A stretch of DNA of 64,000 nucleotides, from NCBI GenBank assembly GCA_905178155.1, contig CAJINV010000007.1:2771151-2835150 (forward strand), read 5' to 3'. Positions 10,037 through 23,109 of this stretch are shown in pieces. A model generated the notes under the pieces. It saw nothing but the letters and a program-made list of their open reading frames with translations. It was not told the origin of the DNA and ran no database searches. Within the stretch, counting starts at the first letter, position 1. The number at the start of each line of letters is the position of its first letter. This stretch comes from Amoebophrya sp. A120 (taxonomy: Eukaryota > Protista > Dinoflagellata). The position numbers were made by a program, and so were the translations under genes.

Positions 10037-12880
10037 TCAGCTGTTCCCTAGTACCCCGCCACTGACAGAAGGACTCGTTCGTTTTGTCATCATCATTTCT
10101 ATTTTCTCCCCAGCGCCAGGTCGGATTGTTGAGGAGCTAGAACTGGTGCCGGGAGCTACACTACTAGCGCCGTCCACAGGTACAAGTTTCTTGCTCCGAT
10201 AGTTCTCATCATCTTCACCGTCACCTGCCCTCCTGCTCGAGCTCGAGCTTCCTGCACTACCAGGACCGTGAAGAACCCCTTCTTCGCCTACTTGTTCGTC
10301 GCTATCTTCTGGCTCCGGCTCTCCGCCGGTGCCCTGTTCACCTGTTACCCCATCCGGTCCTGTATCCGCCGTGGAACGTAGCAACCTCGACTCGCCCCGC
10401 TGACGATACGCCCCGTGCCGTTATCCTGAGTAAAAACGTACCCACACCAGAGTCAGGATGGGGATTTTGCAACACAAGCCTAGGAGTTTTGTGAGTCACG
10501 CATGACAAGTTGCACTCGGCAGTGTAGTGCAGGTTAGCAAGTGCAGCCGCGTCACAGATTCATCTGCTCATCCTGTTGACAGCATCACAAATTCCAAAAC
10601 ACGACTGGAAATGGCTCTCATGGGAATGCGCGCTACAAGTCTTCCTGTCTTTGCAAATCTGCATTACAACTCTGGTGTGGGTACGTTTTTACTCAGGATA
10701 GCCGTCTGACCTTGACGACGCCGATCGTCTCCGCGATTGCCATATCAAGTGTAAAAGTGTCTGGGTCTGGAAGAATGCGCGATTTGTCATGCTTCTCTGG
10801 CATGACTCTTAAATCTGTCATGCAGGTTACCCAAGAGCCCCACTTTCCTGTCATGCAAAAACGCAGTTTGTCATGCAGAATAGGCAACACCTAGAAGCTC
10901 AGAAACTTGTCATGCTGAGCCAGCACTTATGGCTTCCTCATGATACGCCACCCAGCATCACAAGTTTCCAGACCCAGACATTTTTACATTTGATATGCCA
11001 GGCACAGCGGCCAGCCGTGCCGCTTTTCCAGGTGCAGGAACACGGTAAAGAGGATCAGAAAGATCGCAAGCAGGTACTGGCCGTAGGGCAGCAGGACGTT
11101 GACTAGCATCCACCGCCAAAATTTCAGCAACTGCCGGTACAGCAGCTGGTGCATCCGCACGAACCAATTCCCCGAAAGAGGCGTGTCGTAGTAGGCCGGT
11201 GTGCTGGTGCGGGTCTGTGGCGGCCACTGTTTGGTTGTGTATGTGCTTTCGTTTTCTCGCTGATAGAATACTTCAACATATTCGGGCGTCATGCTAAACA
11301 AGAGCAGGAAGCAGAATCAACATTGGGCCAGTAAATTCTTGTCATACATCACTTTAACAACTCTCATCACGTTTATTTCATGATTTTGCTGCATGTGCAT
11401 TGTTCCTTGAGACCGTATAAGGAAGTTCCTTCTGCGGTCTACTGAGAAACTAACTATTCCCGACCTGCACCTGATGAAGCTGATGAAATAAGCATACTCA
11501 CACGAAAGACGAAGATGAAGATCATTTTCTCGCACAACTATGTTACCTTCTCCCCCTTTTTCGTCCGACTGGCCGGAACGCCGTCGAAGCACAGATCCGG
11601 CTCGTCCGCTGGGTTGGCGACCTCTATGGTGTGAAAATTCGAAAACGCGGACTCACAAAAGTCCTGGGCGTCCTGCACCATGAACTGCACGGGTTCGCAC
11701 CCCACGTCATTGTTGCAGGGCACAATTTCGTTGTTCGCCCTGCCGACGAAATACTCCTCCCGACAGGTTTGGTACCAGGTCTCACAAAAAGTCGGACACA
11801 TGTGGATGGCACCAGTGGCAGACAGAAGCCCGGTGCCCACGTCGCCGTCGCACTGGCTGCACAGCACGGACCGGGTCAGGCTTGCGCACCTGAGCGGGGT
11901 TGGATATTTCTGTTGCTTGGTCGTGGTCCTACACCTAATCCTACCGTAGACAGTTGGTTGTAAAACTCAAAACGCCTGACATGATGCAGCAGCTAAAATC
12001 ATAGTGTAACCTAGCAACGTCATCAGGTCTTTCTTTTCTAGTCGTATCAAGTGATTTATTCAACAACTGCAAGCGCCTTCAGAAAAAAGTAGCCACCAAG
12101 TAGTACTGCTCGCTTTTCATCATGCTGACGGCGTGTTCGTTCATTTTGCTTCGGATGCGGTTCACATGTGGTCTGCGACAGCAGGTGTAGGGAGCGTGCT
12201 CCACACAATAGTCCAAAACCTGCACGTCCATGGCGGATTCGTCAGGCGTGAAGGTAAGGTCCTTCGTGCAGTATGGACGCGGTTCCGCCGGGTCATCTGT
12301 GTAAAAGAAGGAAAACTGAGCTTTTTTTTTAGTGTGGAGTTGAAGGAACCGGTAGAGAAAACAGCTTCAGTTGTTTGTAGACACCATAAGCACAAACTTA
12401 AGTGCCAAGTAGACGAAAACGAAATTACAAACTCTAACTTTAACTTGTCTCGCATCAAAATAAGTAAGTACGTTGCTTCTTTCCCGGCGGTTTCTTCTTT
12501 TTGCCGCTTTTTGCTTTCTGCTTCTCCTCAAATTCTTCCGGCTTGTCGCGAGGTATAGACAGAACCGTGTTAAATGTCGCTGTTGCGCACAGGAAAAGCG
12601 CTATCTTATTCCGGAAGGGGTTTATGTTTACTTTCAGGAGCGTATTTATTCCGCTTGGCCTTGCTCTTCTTCTAGAGGAGCAAGAAGAGGGGGACATCGT
12701 GGTCGAGGGGGTAGTACACGTAGCAGGAGACATCTTAGTGCTTTTTTGGCTGGCATCAGGAATATCAAACGTGGACGCGGTGGAGGAAAAGGACCGTGTC
12801 GCTGTCGCTGGAAAAGGTGGCTCTCGTGATGTTCTTGAGCCGGGAACGAAGACGTCGGGACCACTGCACGCTATTTTCAT
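10037..12880 (-). CDS. Folate-receptor-like Cys-rich domain protein with a C-terminal transmembrane helix; six exons
   Basis: Cys pattern YCVEHAPYTCC...CASL...LCSQCDGDVG...MCPTFCETWYQTC...IVPC...C...DFC...CFDG resembles the folate receptor family. Model uses GT-AG introns 12297-12471, 11890-12106 and 11260-11546 plus introners 10743-10995 and 10422-10700 (joins PLCLAIAETIGVVKVRRHGAYRQ). Start codon uncertain. Confidence 0.7.
10422..10700. mobile_element. Introner/MITE family B (non-canonical intron)
   Basis: Perfect 32-bp TIR TATCCTGAGTAAAAACGTACCCACACCAGAGT, with direct repeat GCCGT at 10417-10421 and 10701-10705. Excision restores the frame. Confidence 0.93.
10743..10995. mobile_element. 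Introner/MITE family A (non-canonical intron)
   Basis: TIR TATCAAGTGTAAAAGTGTCTGGGTCTGGAA...TTCCAGACCCAGACATTTTTACATTTGATA, with direct repeat TGCCA at 10738-10742 and 10996-11000. Confidence 0.95.
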
Positions 12881-13792
12881 CGTGATGATGTCGTTGTGAC
12901 CCTACTTACTAGGTTCTTCTTCTTGCAGAAGAAGGACAAGTGTGCTCCACAGGCTACGTTCCGACCCAGATGACAGACGGTGCTACAGGAGAACAACAGT
13001 CATCAATATGCTTTGTGTTTCCATTATTTGACGTTTGCCTCTGTCTGAGCAAAAGTGACAACATTCAACTGCGACTACTCGTTGTACTGGTACATATAAT
13101 CCTTGTCTACAACTATACTACGTGCATGTGTGCCAGCGTATCGGCAAAAACATACTCCTACTGTTGAGTTGAAATACACCAAGTCATATCTGTTTCTACT
13201 AGCAATGAATCGGAGTCGGAATAAGTACTATAAGCCATCTGTCTATCTCTATTCCTAAGCGCGCATGAAACAATAATTTGGACAGAAAAAAAGGGACCGA
13301 AAAAAGGCGAAAAGATTTCTTTGTGAGAACTGCGTCTGCGATTTTTATTCTTGTCTGGCGTGATATCAACAGCTCCAAAATGATGATCTTTGTGTCGGAG
13401 ATATCTATCTGTCCACCATGCAAACTAAAAACTTTTCGCATTGAAGATCTGCGCATGATGAGCTGCGCGCGGACAGCAGCGGAAAGCGAACACACTGTGA
13501 TTCTTTTCAGTGACTACACACACCACAGGCAGCAAAGCCTGATGGGACAATGTGGTGAGGGCGACTGCGGAGGCATACTGAAATCGAAGATCAGACAGAG
13601 AATGATGCGTCCTGCCTGCTCTGGTATACTACACTCGATTACGGTTGCTTGGCATCTCCAGTATCAGTTGCAGTAGCAGTTCATCAAAGTAAAGGCAAAG
13701 TATACACGACAGCACTGAAGATGTTAAACTGACGTATTCATAGTCCTTGAAAAGGATGTGGCTAAAAATATCATCAAATTCGTACTCCACTA

Positions 13793-16700
13793 CTACCCTC
13801 CCCGATTGATCAGCCCCGCCTGGTTCATGGTGATGATGGTGGCGTACACGAATCCGATCACTGCGATGGAAATTTTCAAGATTAAAATCCATTTTGCCGC
13901 CGTCCAGGCCCCCCGCGCCACCGCCACCACCGTATTCACGAACGCGTTGTTCGTGAACATACTCTGCCTCCCTGCCTGCAGCTCCTTGTCTTCCGGGTCC
14001 AAAAAAGGATTGATGTTGGGCTTCTCCCGCCCGCGCCCCACTTTCTGCTCGTTGAAGCCGCAGATCTGCAGCTCCGTGTTGACCACCGCGCGGACCTTGC
14101 CCGGGTAGGCCGGAAGGTAGAGGAAAACCGGGGACTTCGCGAACAAAAGTTTCAGTCTTTGTTTTTCGCTGTTTTGCCGCTGCTCCAGCAAAACTTCTCT
14201 TGCCTCGTCCAAATCCTGGGACAAGTCGATCAAGGTTTCCCCCAGGGGTTCGTTCGCGAACACCAGGTTATTCACAAACGCGGTCAGTGTCAGAGTCGGG
14301 TTTTGCAACGGCAACACCACATCGAAACACAGCCGCCAGTTGAAAACCGCCCGCCCGCCGGGCGCCACCCGCCGGTGCACGTCGGTTTGCTGCTCGTAGG
14401 TGTTGCCGTCGTCCAGCGTGAGTTTTGCGGTCACGCTCAGGTTCAAGTAGCTGTCCTGTCCCTCTACGCCCTCGCCGAACAAAATGTCCGTCACGTCAAA
14501 GATTGCCAACCGGATCTGCACTCTTTCGCCGTTCTTCTTCAGCATCGTTTCATTCGTCAATGCGGAAGTGCCGCCGGCGGCACCAGATGATGAAGAAGTA
14601 TTGTTTCCGTCTGGATTCTCGGTTGCAGCTTGTTCCCCGCCTTGGTTGCTATTGCTCGCGGCTCGTTCGGCGGCTCCTGCTCCGCCCCCCGTCAACGAGG
14701 TTGGTAAACTGTTTCGCACACTCGCAAATAACCCACTGGCGGCATTTTTCACCGAATTCGCTTGCTCCTCGATCTGGTCCGCGAGGGACTTCGCGTTCGT
14801 GCCCGCACCGCTACTACCGCCCGCACTCGCGGAAATCTGTTCCACTGACGCTGCGGCTAGAAGCTCTGCCACCCCGGCGTCGCTCTCCGCTAGCACCTCC
14901 GCCCGGAGAATCAATCTTCCGGTGGAGATCCCGCGACTGCTGTAGCCGACGGGGTGCAGCGGCCGGGACTCCAGCGCGGTGCGCCGCAGACGCATGCTCT
15001 GCCGGTTTCTGGAATGGAAAAAACGGTCCTCGAGGTCAATGAACGTGGACCCCAGCTCGATAGAGTTGTGGTTATTTCCGATGCTGGTACCCGTAGAACT
15101 ACCACCGCCATTGTCACCACCGGCACTGTCCCCTTCTGTGTGCTCCAACACCGTGACGCGCACCAACGCGTTTCTTGGAAACGAGCAGTCGGTCAGGGTA
15201 AAGGCCTTCCGGTATTCGGGTGTGTGCATCGTCAGGGTCTCCGACGTCGACGCAAAGTGGTTGTTGGAGTGGTCCTCAGGACGGTCGCCACCAACATTTT
15301 GCAGTCCGCTGTGATCCCCAACAAGTTGCAGACTGGTTTGCAAGTTCTTCCCGCCGTAAGGCAGCAGATCGCCCTGCTGCACGTAGATGCGGATCAGCAG
15401 ATTCCGGGCCATCTGCATCTCTTTCTTCAGCTGATTCACGCGCAAATTGAATAGATTGTTGGTTCGGTTCAGAAAACCGGTGGAAGGGTGGTCCTCAGAC
15501 GAGTCGCCTGAAACGAGGACACTTGGACTTGCATCTACAACTGTCGAAGTTCTTGCCCCACCGGTCGTCCCCACAGGTGGCTCTTGTATTTCTTCTACTG
15601 GTTTTTGTTCGACAGCGGAGCTACCACTACTTCTCCTTCCAGCAGTAGAATCCTTCTTGAATTTTGGCAAAACGCAGAGACAATACTTCACAACGCCGGC
15701 CACGATGGTCTCGCCGAAATCGTTCACGACGAAAAGCTCCGCCTTCTCGTACAGCCAACCGTCCGGCTCTAGCGTCTGTTCCAATTTGCTTGGCACCAAG
15801 AAATCCTCGTGCGCTTCGACGGGCTTCCACTCGAACTCCTCTTTGAACCCGTTAACCGTTTTATCCGCCTTGAGAATCGCCTCCCGCTTCTTTTTCCTCC
15901 TGGTCTGTCGAAAGGCCTGCGGCAGGACCGCGCGCTTCGCTGTGTTCAGCAGTTTCTTACTTGGCAAAAGAATTGCCTTGCTCAGCGCTTCTTCGGCGAA
16001 AGAGGACCGGCGGCGCCTTTTGACCGATTTATCGACGGATGTGGTCATCTGGTCTGTACTACTTTTTCTTCTTTTACGCGCTCCAGGAGCTGTTGTCTGC
16101 GCATTTTTTTCACCATCGTGTTCGACGCTGTTGATGCCCTTCTCGTCTTCAACATCTGTCGCTTCAGTGCCTCTCGTGAAAGATGATCTCAACATTCTCG
16201 CCCTGTACTCATCCTCTTCCAAGAAAAAAGAATCCTTTCCTGTGCTATCGCCGGCAGCACCAGCATCGTCAGCTTCAACCACTGTAATCACCCTCGACGA
16301 CGGGTCGTTGTATGATCCCGCCTTCATACTTTTGTGCTTACTCGTGCGAAACAAATCGTCCCCGGCGTGGTCCTCTTCTGCCGTATTATTTCCGAATGGG
16401 TTAGGGTTTGCATCTGCTCCTTCCGCGAACTCTTTCATCAAAACGCAAAACTTCTCGCGATCCGAGATTTCGACGTCTTCAGCATCATTTTCTAAAGATC
16501 CAGGTGCTTCGTTTTGCCCCTTAATCATGTTGCTCTCTCGTCCTCCAGCCACGACCCTCTTCCAGTAGAACGAACCTTCGTTCCTGCCGAACCCCAGCAA
16601 ATTATCGGTTTCCTCCTCACTACTAGAGGAAAAATCCGCCTCGTCTGCATTGTGGCCATTATCATCTTCTCTTACCGTGCTAAAAGTCGTTCGCAGTCGC

Positions 16701-19700
16701 TTCCGAGTCTCCGCGCTGAACCACGGGCAGTGAGGGTTCAAGTGAATGTGACCGCTGCAAAGCTTCTTCCCAAATTTGAGTTCCTCATCGCTTTCGATAT
16801 GCGCTGGTCTGCTGCTGGACGAATCAGCTCCGTGGTGGTGATGGTGATGAGAGGTGCTGGTGGAAGAAGTACTTCCTCGACCAGCGGCTGCTCTTTTGTC
16901 AGACGTGACGTGCGCACGTCGGCTGCGGTGATGATCTTTGGAAGTTGTAGACGGGTCGTGTTCCCCGTCGTTCTTGCCTTTTCTACTCGCCCGATGACTG
17001 TGGTGGTGCACAGATTTTTTAGTGCCGGACTCCGGAACGTCACCGCCACCGACGATGGAATTGAGAATGTCAGCCGCGTGTGAAACGGAAAACCCAAAGG
17101 ATGCACTTCCACTGTCGTCTCGATTCTCGTCCGCTTTCCCGACGTTCTGTGTCTTTTTCCCGCCAGAGGACACACTTTGCTCCCCTTGATCCGGCGAGCC
17201 CGCGACCAGATTTCCAAAAGACGTCCCCACTTCTGACAGGCGGTTTGTGAAATTGTCGAAGAAACCACCTCCACTTGCAGAATTTTTCGCATTCCCCTCT
17301 GCTGGACTTGCGAAGTGCTCCCCTTCCGGATAGAACACCAACGGGTTAATGCCAATGGCGGTGTGCGGACGCCCAGTTATGTAATGAACGGAATTACCGC
17401 CTTCATCGTATGCGTTAGTGGTGTTGCTCCCAACTGCTCCTGCCCAGTCTGCGTCCGCCCGCCTCGCTTTCATTTGTTGGTGGAACAGCTTCTGTCGTGT
17501 CGGGCTGGACATACTCTCGTCCAACGCCGAGGAATCCGCAAAGTCAAAAGACCAATCTAGCGACAAATCGAGGTCCACACCGTGATCACCTCTATTCTGC
17601 TGGTGCTGCTGAAATTGCTCCGCGAAAAGCTTTCCGAAAGTTGTTGTGCTTTGTTCGTGACAGCCCGCAACATCGCGTGGCGAGGGGTAGCGAAGTGGAG
17701 CGGGTGGTGCAGATTGTTGTTCGCCTTGTTGTGCATCAAGCTGTGCCTGTGCCCCTGGCCGCCTTGCAGGATCTACATCTACATCATCTACTACTACGTC
17801 CGCCAGTTCTCTCTCCTGCTCCTGCTGCACGTTTGTCTCTTCAACACCTTCATCCCCGTTCTTCTTATCTATGTCCCCCTTGTCAGACCCTGCGACACTT
17901 GCTCTTGCTTTGCTTTGTGGCCGTGGAGGCGCACCAGTCGAGGGCACATTTGGTCGATCCTCTCTTCGAGTCTCCCCCTCGTACTCGTTCGTGTGCACAA
18001 CTGCACCATCAGCGACATTATCATCCGACCGCCCTTCGAGAACCATCGCTCCTTCCTCTACTACTTGCGACTGTCGGCCTTGCTCCCGCACAAGCGAGGT
18101 GAAATTTTTGGAACCCATTGTCGTCGAGGAAGTCCTGTGCCCGGGCGCCGTCACAACTCTCCGCCGCTTCAACTCCGGTGATTCTTGTTTCTTCGACCGC
18201 CGGTTATTTTTGTTTTCGCTGTCGTAGGCTACCAGCGCTTCCGGCACCGGGACCTCCCCCGGTCTTTTCGAAGAAAGCATAGGCTTCGCGTCGCGCAGCG
18301 TGAGGGACAGAAAATCCTGTACCGCCCGTTTCCGGGACAAGTTCAAAGAAAACTTGAACTCGTTGTTGAAATTGAAGCCCCCGTTCGACCCATCCTTGCA
18401 CACGGTCGACCGCGCGACCACGTTATTGTCGCTGTCACAAATTTCGAGGTAGGGGCAAGCGGGGGTCGTCGTCGCGAGAGCAGATGAGAAGTGCACTTCT
18501 TGAGAGCTCCCCGCACTCCCGGCACTTGTTCCCTTCAGTCTCGTTCTTCTACTTCCTACGGATGACCTACTTTCTGCGCTCTTACCCACCTCCGTGAACA
18601 GTCGGACACCGAGCACGAAGAGCCGCACGTCGCAGGGAAAGTAGCCCGTCGAAACTTTGTCGACTTGTTTGTTCCACTGCGGCACAGTCAGCTGTAGTTC
18701 TTGGGCTGGTCCACCTGCAGCAGGAACAGCGCTTGTAATCTGCTTCGGAAGCGAGAAACTGTTGAACGGAAAGCACTCCAGAGCCAGCAACATTCTGCAC
18801 GGCACCTCGGCCAGCTGATGCACCTCACCTTGATAGTGCGACGAATTCCGCCGCAAATTCATCCAAAATGGCATGCCGCGGTATTGTATCGGCAACGATT
18901 CCCCAGGAATGCGGCCGCGAGCCAGGATTTTCTGTTCGTGAGTACTAGAGGTGCCGGACGAAGTGCCGGTGTCGTGATGATGATGCCCGCGATCTCTACT
19001 ACCCTGTGAAGCACGTGAGACTGGCACGTCAACGACATCTAGCCGGACATATGGCCACAGACTTCTATCAGTCGGAAGTTTGGTTTGCAATTCCACCACC
19101 TCATTCCAAACAGGATGCTGACTTTCATGGTGCGCCACCTCCAGCTCTGTAGTTTTAAAATTGCGGGAACCATCTGTAGTTGCCTCGTTATTCATCTCGT
19201 CCTCCGCTTGATGTCTTTTTCCACTTGTGGCTGCTCCCGAAGTAGCCGGTGCAACCTGTCGGACTTCCGTCCCGAAAGAGATTCGAATGCAGCGCTGAGA
19301 CGACATTGAAGAAGACCTGCGTTTTCGTGGTCCAACTGCCCCACGGTCCCGTTCCGGAAAGTGGAACCCCTGGAAGAGAAAAACGCGCAGCACGTAAATT
19401 TCCCAATCAACCGCATGGTAAACATGCTTGGTTTTTTCTACGACCGAAGGCGACGGTGCAGCTGTAGGACTTACTGATCCACCAGCAGTTGGTGAACTTC
19501 GATCGGTCGAAGAAGACTTCCGGTCCTTCGAGCCCACAGCAGCTCCACCTCGATAATTATTCATAACATTTTTACTAATCTTCGCTGTGACAACATGCTC
19601 CTCAACCGAAACTGCGATCAACGCCCGAGCGCCGATTTCGCCGACGTTTTGCACCGAGTAGAAATCCATCCAGGTTGGCATAGGCGAATCCCCGTGCGTG

Positions 19701-22149
19701 CTCGAAGAGAGCTTGTGCGCCTCCGGTGCCTGGCCGCACAGGGCGCACGTCAACTGGTCCGCACGTATTTCGTCATGATCGTGATGCTGTGCAGCTAGTT
19801 TATCGGTGGCTCCTTCGTCGCTAGTGGTGCTAGCATGATTTTTGCTGTGATGTCCTCCTCGATGCTCGTTGCCATGGTGATGACTTTTCACAGCTTGTTC
19901 CGGCGGCTTCAAGAACCTGACCAACACGTAGAGCGGTGTGTTGACGTCCTTCTCTACCACGAACCCGGGTACGGACCCCGTCGCTTCGTCGAAGGTGATC
20001 GAAGTCAGGTTTTTCTTCCGTTGGAACGGGGGCAGCGAGGTGATGGTGACAAAGGATTTGTCCTCATCGTCGTAGTTAAGGTTATTTTCACTTTCCTCCT
20101 CCGCCGCGTAGTAGCTTGGCCAGCAGACCACCCGCGTGCCGATGTGGAATTCAAACACGATTTCCAGATCTTCGGAAGGAAGGTCGTGCCCGCCAGTGAA
20201 GTAAAGATCGGAATTGTGACTATTGTCCTTCATCAGGAAATCCAGTTGGTACAGACTCACCCGCAGCATTTGCTTCTTCAGCCCCACAGCAGTCAATTCG
20301 TGCGCCGGCAGAACTTTCTTGCCGAAAAAAGCACAGGAGTTGTAGCTGCTGCCCGGTGAAGTACTAGTTGTAGAGGCGTTCTCAAAAATGGGCTCCCGCA
20401 CAGCCGATACTAGGATTCTGCCGCCCCAGATGCACTGGTAGATATCGGAAAACTCGAGCAGTTTCTGCTTGTACGACTCCGACTTCTTCGCGTACTCCAA
20501 GCAGTCCACCGGGTAGGAGAAGAGGGACAGGTATACCGGGGGAACCGCTCCACTTTCCAACACTGGCGTGACGTCGAAGGAGATCTTATTGAGACAGGCA
20601 TTGTCCCCAAACAGGCCGTTGTCCGTGCAAATGCGGAGCCGGACCGTCGTGTTCCACGGGGACAACACAAACGGGAAGCACAGCTGTTCCCCATAGACGG
20701 GGGACACCGTGTTTTCTTTCACCGAAGTGGTAATGGTCTTCGGAAAGCCAGCGAGCGCGCACTCCACAAACGGGTTGCACTCAACGGTCTGGAACGGGGT
20801 GAACAACTTTTGGCACCGGTGGATCAGGATCTTCAGCTGCGCGATTTGCACGCGAGCCTCGGACGGCATCCGAGAAATCCGCGTGTTGATATCTCGAAGC
20901 TGTTGCGCGGATTTGCTGTTCGAAGTAGCAGACGACGAGGATGAATCATCTCCAGCCCCGGCAGCTGAAAAACTATCTCCGCTACTAGTTGTGCTCGTCC
21001 CAGCACCTCGACCACCGACCTTCCCCCTCTTTCGCACGACCGCCCGACTCGGAATCGCGTCCTTCGCGGTGAACACTCGGACGGAGAGGTTTATCCAGCC
21101 TCGTTGGTCCAGTCTCTCCGGATTCAGCACCGGAAACCACTGCTTCTCGAGTTTTTTGTGCTCGGTTGCCCACACCTTGTTGATTTCCACCACAAACGTG
21201 CCCACCAACTCGTCGGAGGTGGTTAGATTCACGGCCTTGTCAATGAAGCTCAGCTCGTTCATCACGGTAAATTGAATCACTTCCTCCTGAAATTCCAACG
21301 GGGATAACCGCCCCAATAACGCGAAATAGGCGTTGAACATGCAGGAGCTCGCTTCCCTGCGCACGTCCGTTTTCCGCTCTTCCTGCAGATGCGTATCCAC
21401 AGTAAATTTCCCGCACACGTACAAATGCTGTTTCTGCATGACAAACTTTTCTTCCAATCCTATTCAGCATGACAAGTGGCATGCTCCAACTTAGTAAAAT
21501 TTGTCATGCGTTTTGTGCATGTACAGGAAATTTGTATTGCATAATGCGGCAGAGAGTTCACCACCACGTACGGATTCAGAAACGCCGTGCTCCGGGGGTC
21601 GCCCTTCTCGTCCAACGGCGGACGGATCCCGTACAGGTATCAACTGCAAATATGTCTGGGTCTGGAAGGTTTCAACTTGTGATGCTATCTTCGGATCCTA
21701 AAAACATTTGTATTCCATGACCAGGAAGAGGAGCTCATTTTGTGCTACGCCGGAAGGGCATTTGTCACGCGGAATAGGCATCAGGATGCCCTCCAAAAGT
21801 CTGTGATGCTAGGCCATGCTTTACAAGCATCATGGGTCATGCCAAATATGCATGACAAACCAAAGTGCAGGACCAGAGGACAAGAGCCGAAAAGGTACAA
21901 ATCGGGAAAAGCTGCCGTATACCCGCGTAACCTGGTATGTGAATTGTGTCGCACCCTTCACATTTCAGAGATCGCACCCGTCCGCTGAAAAAATTAGATA
22001 ACGAATGATGAAAAAAAGCACAATAGCGGGCCAATAAAAAAAAAATAAAAAAATATGCATGACAAACCTGGCAACCTTCCAGACCCAGACATTTTTGCAT
22101 TTGATAACAGGGAATGGACGTCGATATCGATCAGGTATTCCGACGTCAT
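13793..22149 (-). CDS. Ferlin-like protein (multiple C2 domains, C-terminal transmembrane anchor)
   Basis: The 2554-aa ORF has repeated C2 motifs (CNPFVEC...TVSPVYGEQLCF; QHPVWNE; ELGSTFIDLEDRFF; QQTDVHRR...AVFNWRLCF), the ferlin-type VGRGREKPN.NPFL motif and a terminal TM helix. The N-terminal C2 strand (MTSEYLIDIDVHSLYGIR...LNPYVVV) is recovered by excising 21638-22106. One further intron near 21410-21550 has unresolved ends. Confidence 0.85.
21638..22106. mobile_element. Introner/MITE family A (subfamily shared with 49264-49508, opposite orientation)
   Basis: TIR TATCAACTGCAAATATGTCTGGGTCTGGAAGG...CCTTCCAGACCCAGACATTTTTGCATTTGATA, with direct repeat ACAGG at 21633-21637 and 22107-22111. 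Confidence 0.93.
21862..22050 (+). mobile_element. 5'-truncated non-LTR retroelement fragment nested in the introner
   Basis: Flanked by the 18-bp duplication AAATATGCATGACAAACC (21844-21861, 22051-22068), ends in an A-rich tail, and encodes KCRTRGQEPKRYKSG...LVCELC...stop. Confidence 0.75.
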
Positions 22150-23109
22150 GACTTCTTTGTAGTTTATCGTAGTACCGCACGACAAACGCTGGCTTTAGAA
22201 ACATGATCTTACAGTAACATCAACTTTAACTACTTTTTGTGTCATGATACTACACGCGGCGGCGGCCTAGTGCGATGCAAATGTTAATAATGTCTCTGTT
22301 CCTGCTTCGATAACTAACATGATTGATAGTTTAATTTACCGCGACTTTGCACTTCTTGCGGCCATGCACGAACGACGCAGGCTGAAACCACGAAAGCCAA
22401 ATGCCACTTACGATAAGAATGATAAGCGATGAGAATGAGAATGAATCAGGCCTAAAAAAACCGACAGGGCGACAGACTCTCTTACAGCCTCTTGCAACGT
22501 CACCGCACGTGCGAACTGAGAAATATCGGCTTCTCTCTTTCCTCCCTCTGACACAAGCAAAAGTGTACGTCTAGTCCAATGTCGTGTCCGAGTGTCATGG
22601 ATTCATAATTACTCATGCTACCATCCATTCATGAGAACGACGACGAACGACTTCGAGAAGAAAAGACGAAAGACAAAGAGGACAAAGACAAACAAGGCAT
22701 GAAAGAATATCAACACTCGCGTAGATGCCATAGCTCGTGCAGTGCTTTTCAACATGGCCGGAAATTTATCAGAGTGTAGTTGTACTGCTAGAAGCCTTTT
22801 GATAGTGGGAATTCATCCCTACGAGTAGCTTCAGCGTAAAATAAAGCGTGTATAGTTCTGCGAGCGAAAAAACGGTTTTTGGGTGAGAAGTTCTGCTCCT
22901 GAATGTGCGCGACGAGCAGAGAACATCTCCGACTAGGACGAGGTCATCAACACAAAAAATTTAGATTACAATCCAACGTAGACTTTCGTTTCTTTGTATC
23001 AAAAGCAAAATGGTGACCGTGACTGACAAGTTCGGCACTAAAAAATTTAAGATTTCCGTATACTCCTTTTAATTCTAGTGTACGCCAAAAATCGCCTCTC
23101 CTGGTCGTG

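Noticed and set aside
12834-12841. GGCTCAAG spliced-leader-like match on the minus strand
   Set aside because: An 8-nt match is expected by chance in 64 kb and has no supporting context. This is why the PBS claim rests on position plus LTR complementarity.
14159-21275. Many long plus-strand ORFs opposite ferlin and other genes
   Set aside because: Shadow ORFs caused by GC3-rich codon usage on the coding strand.
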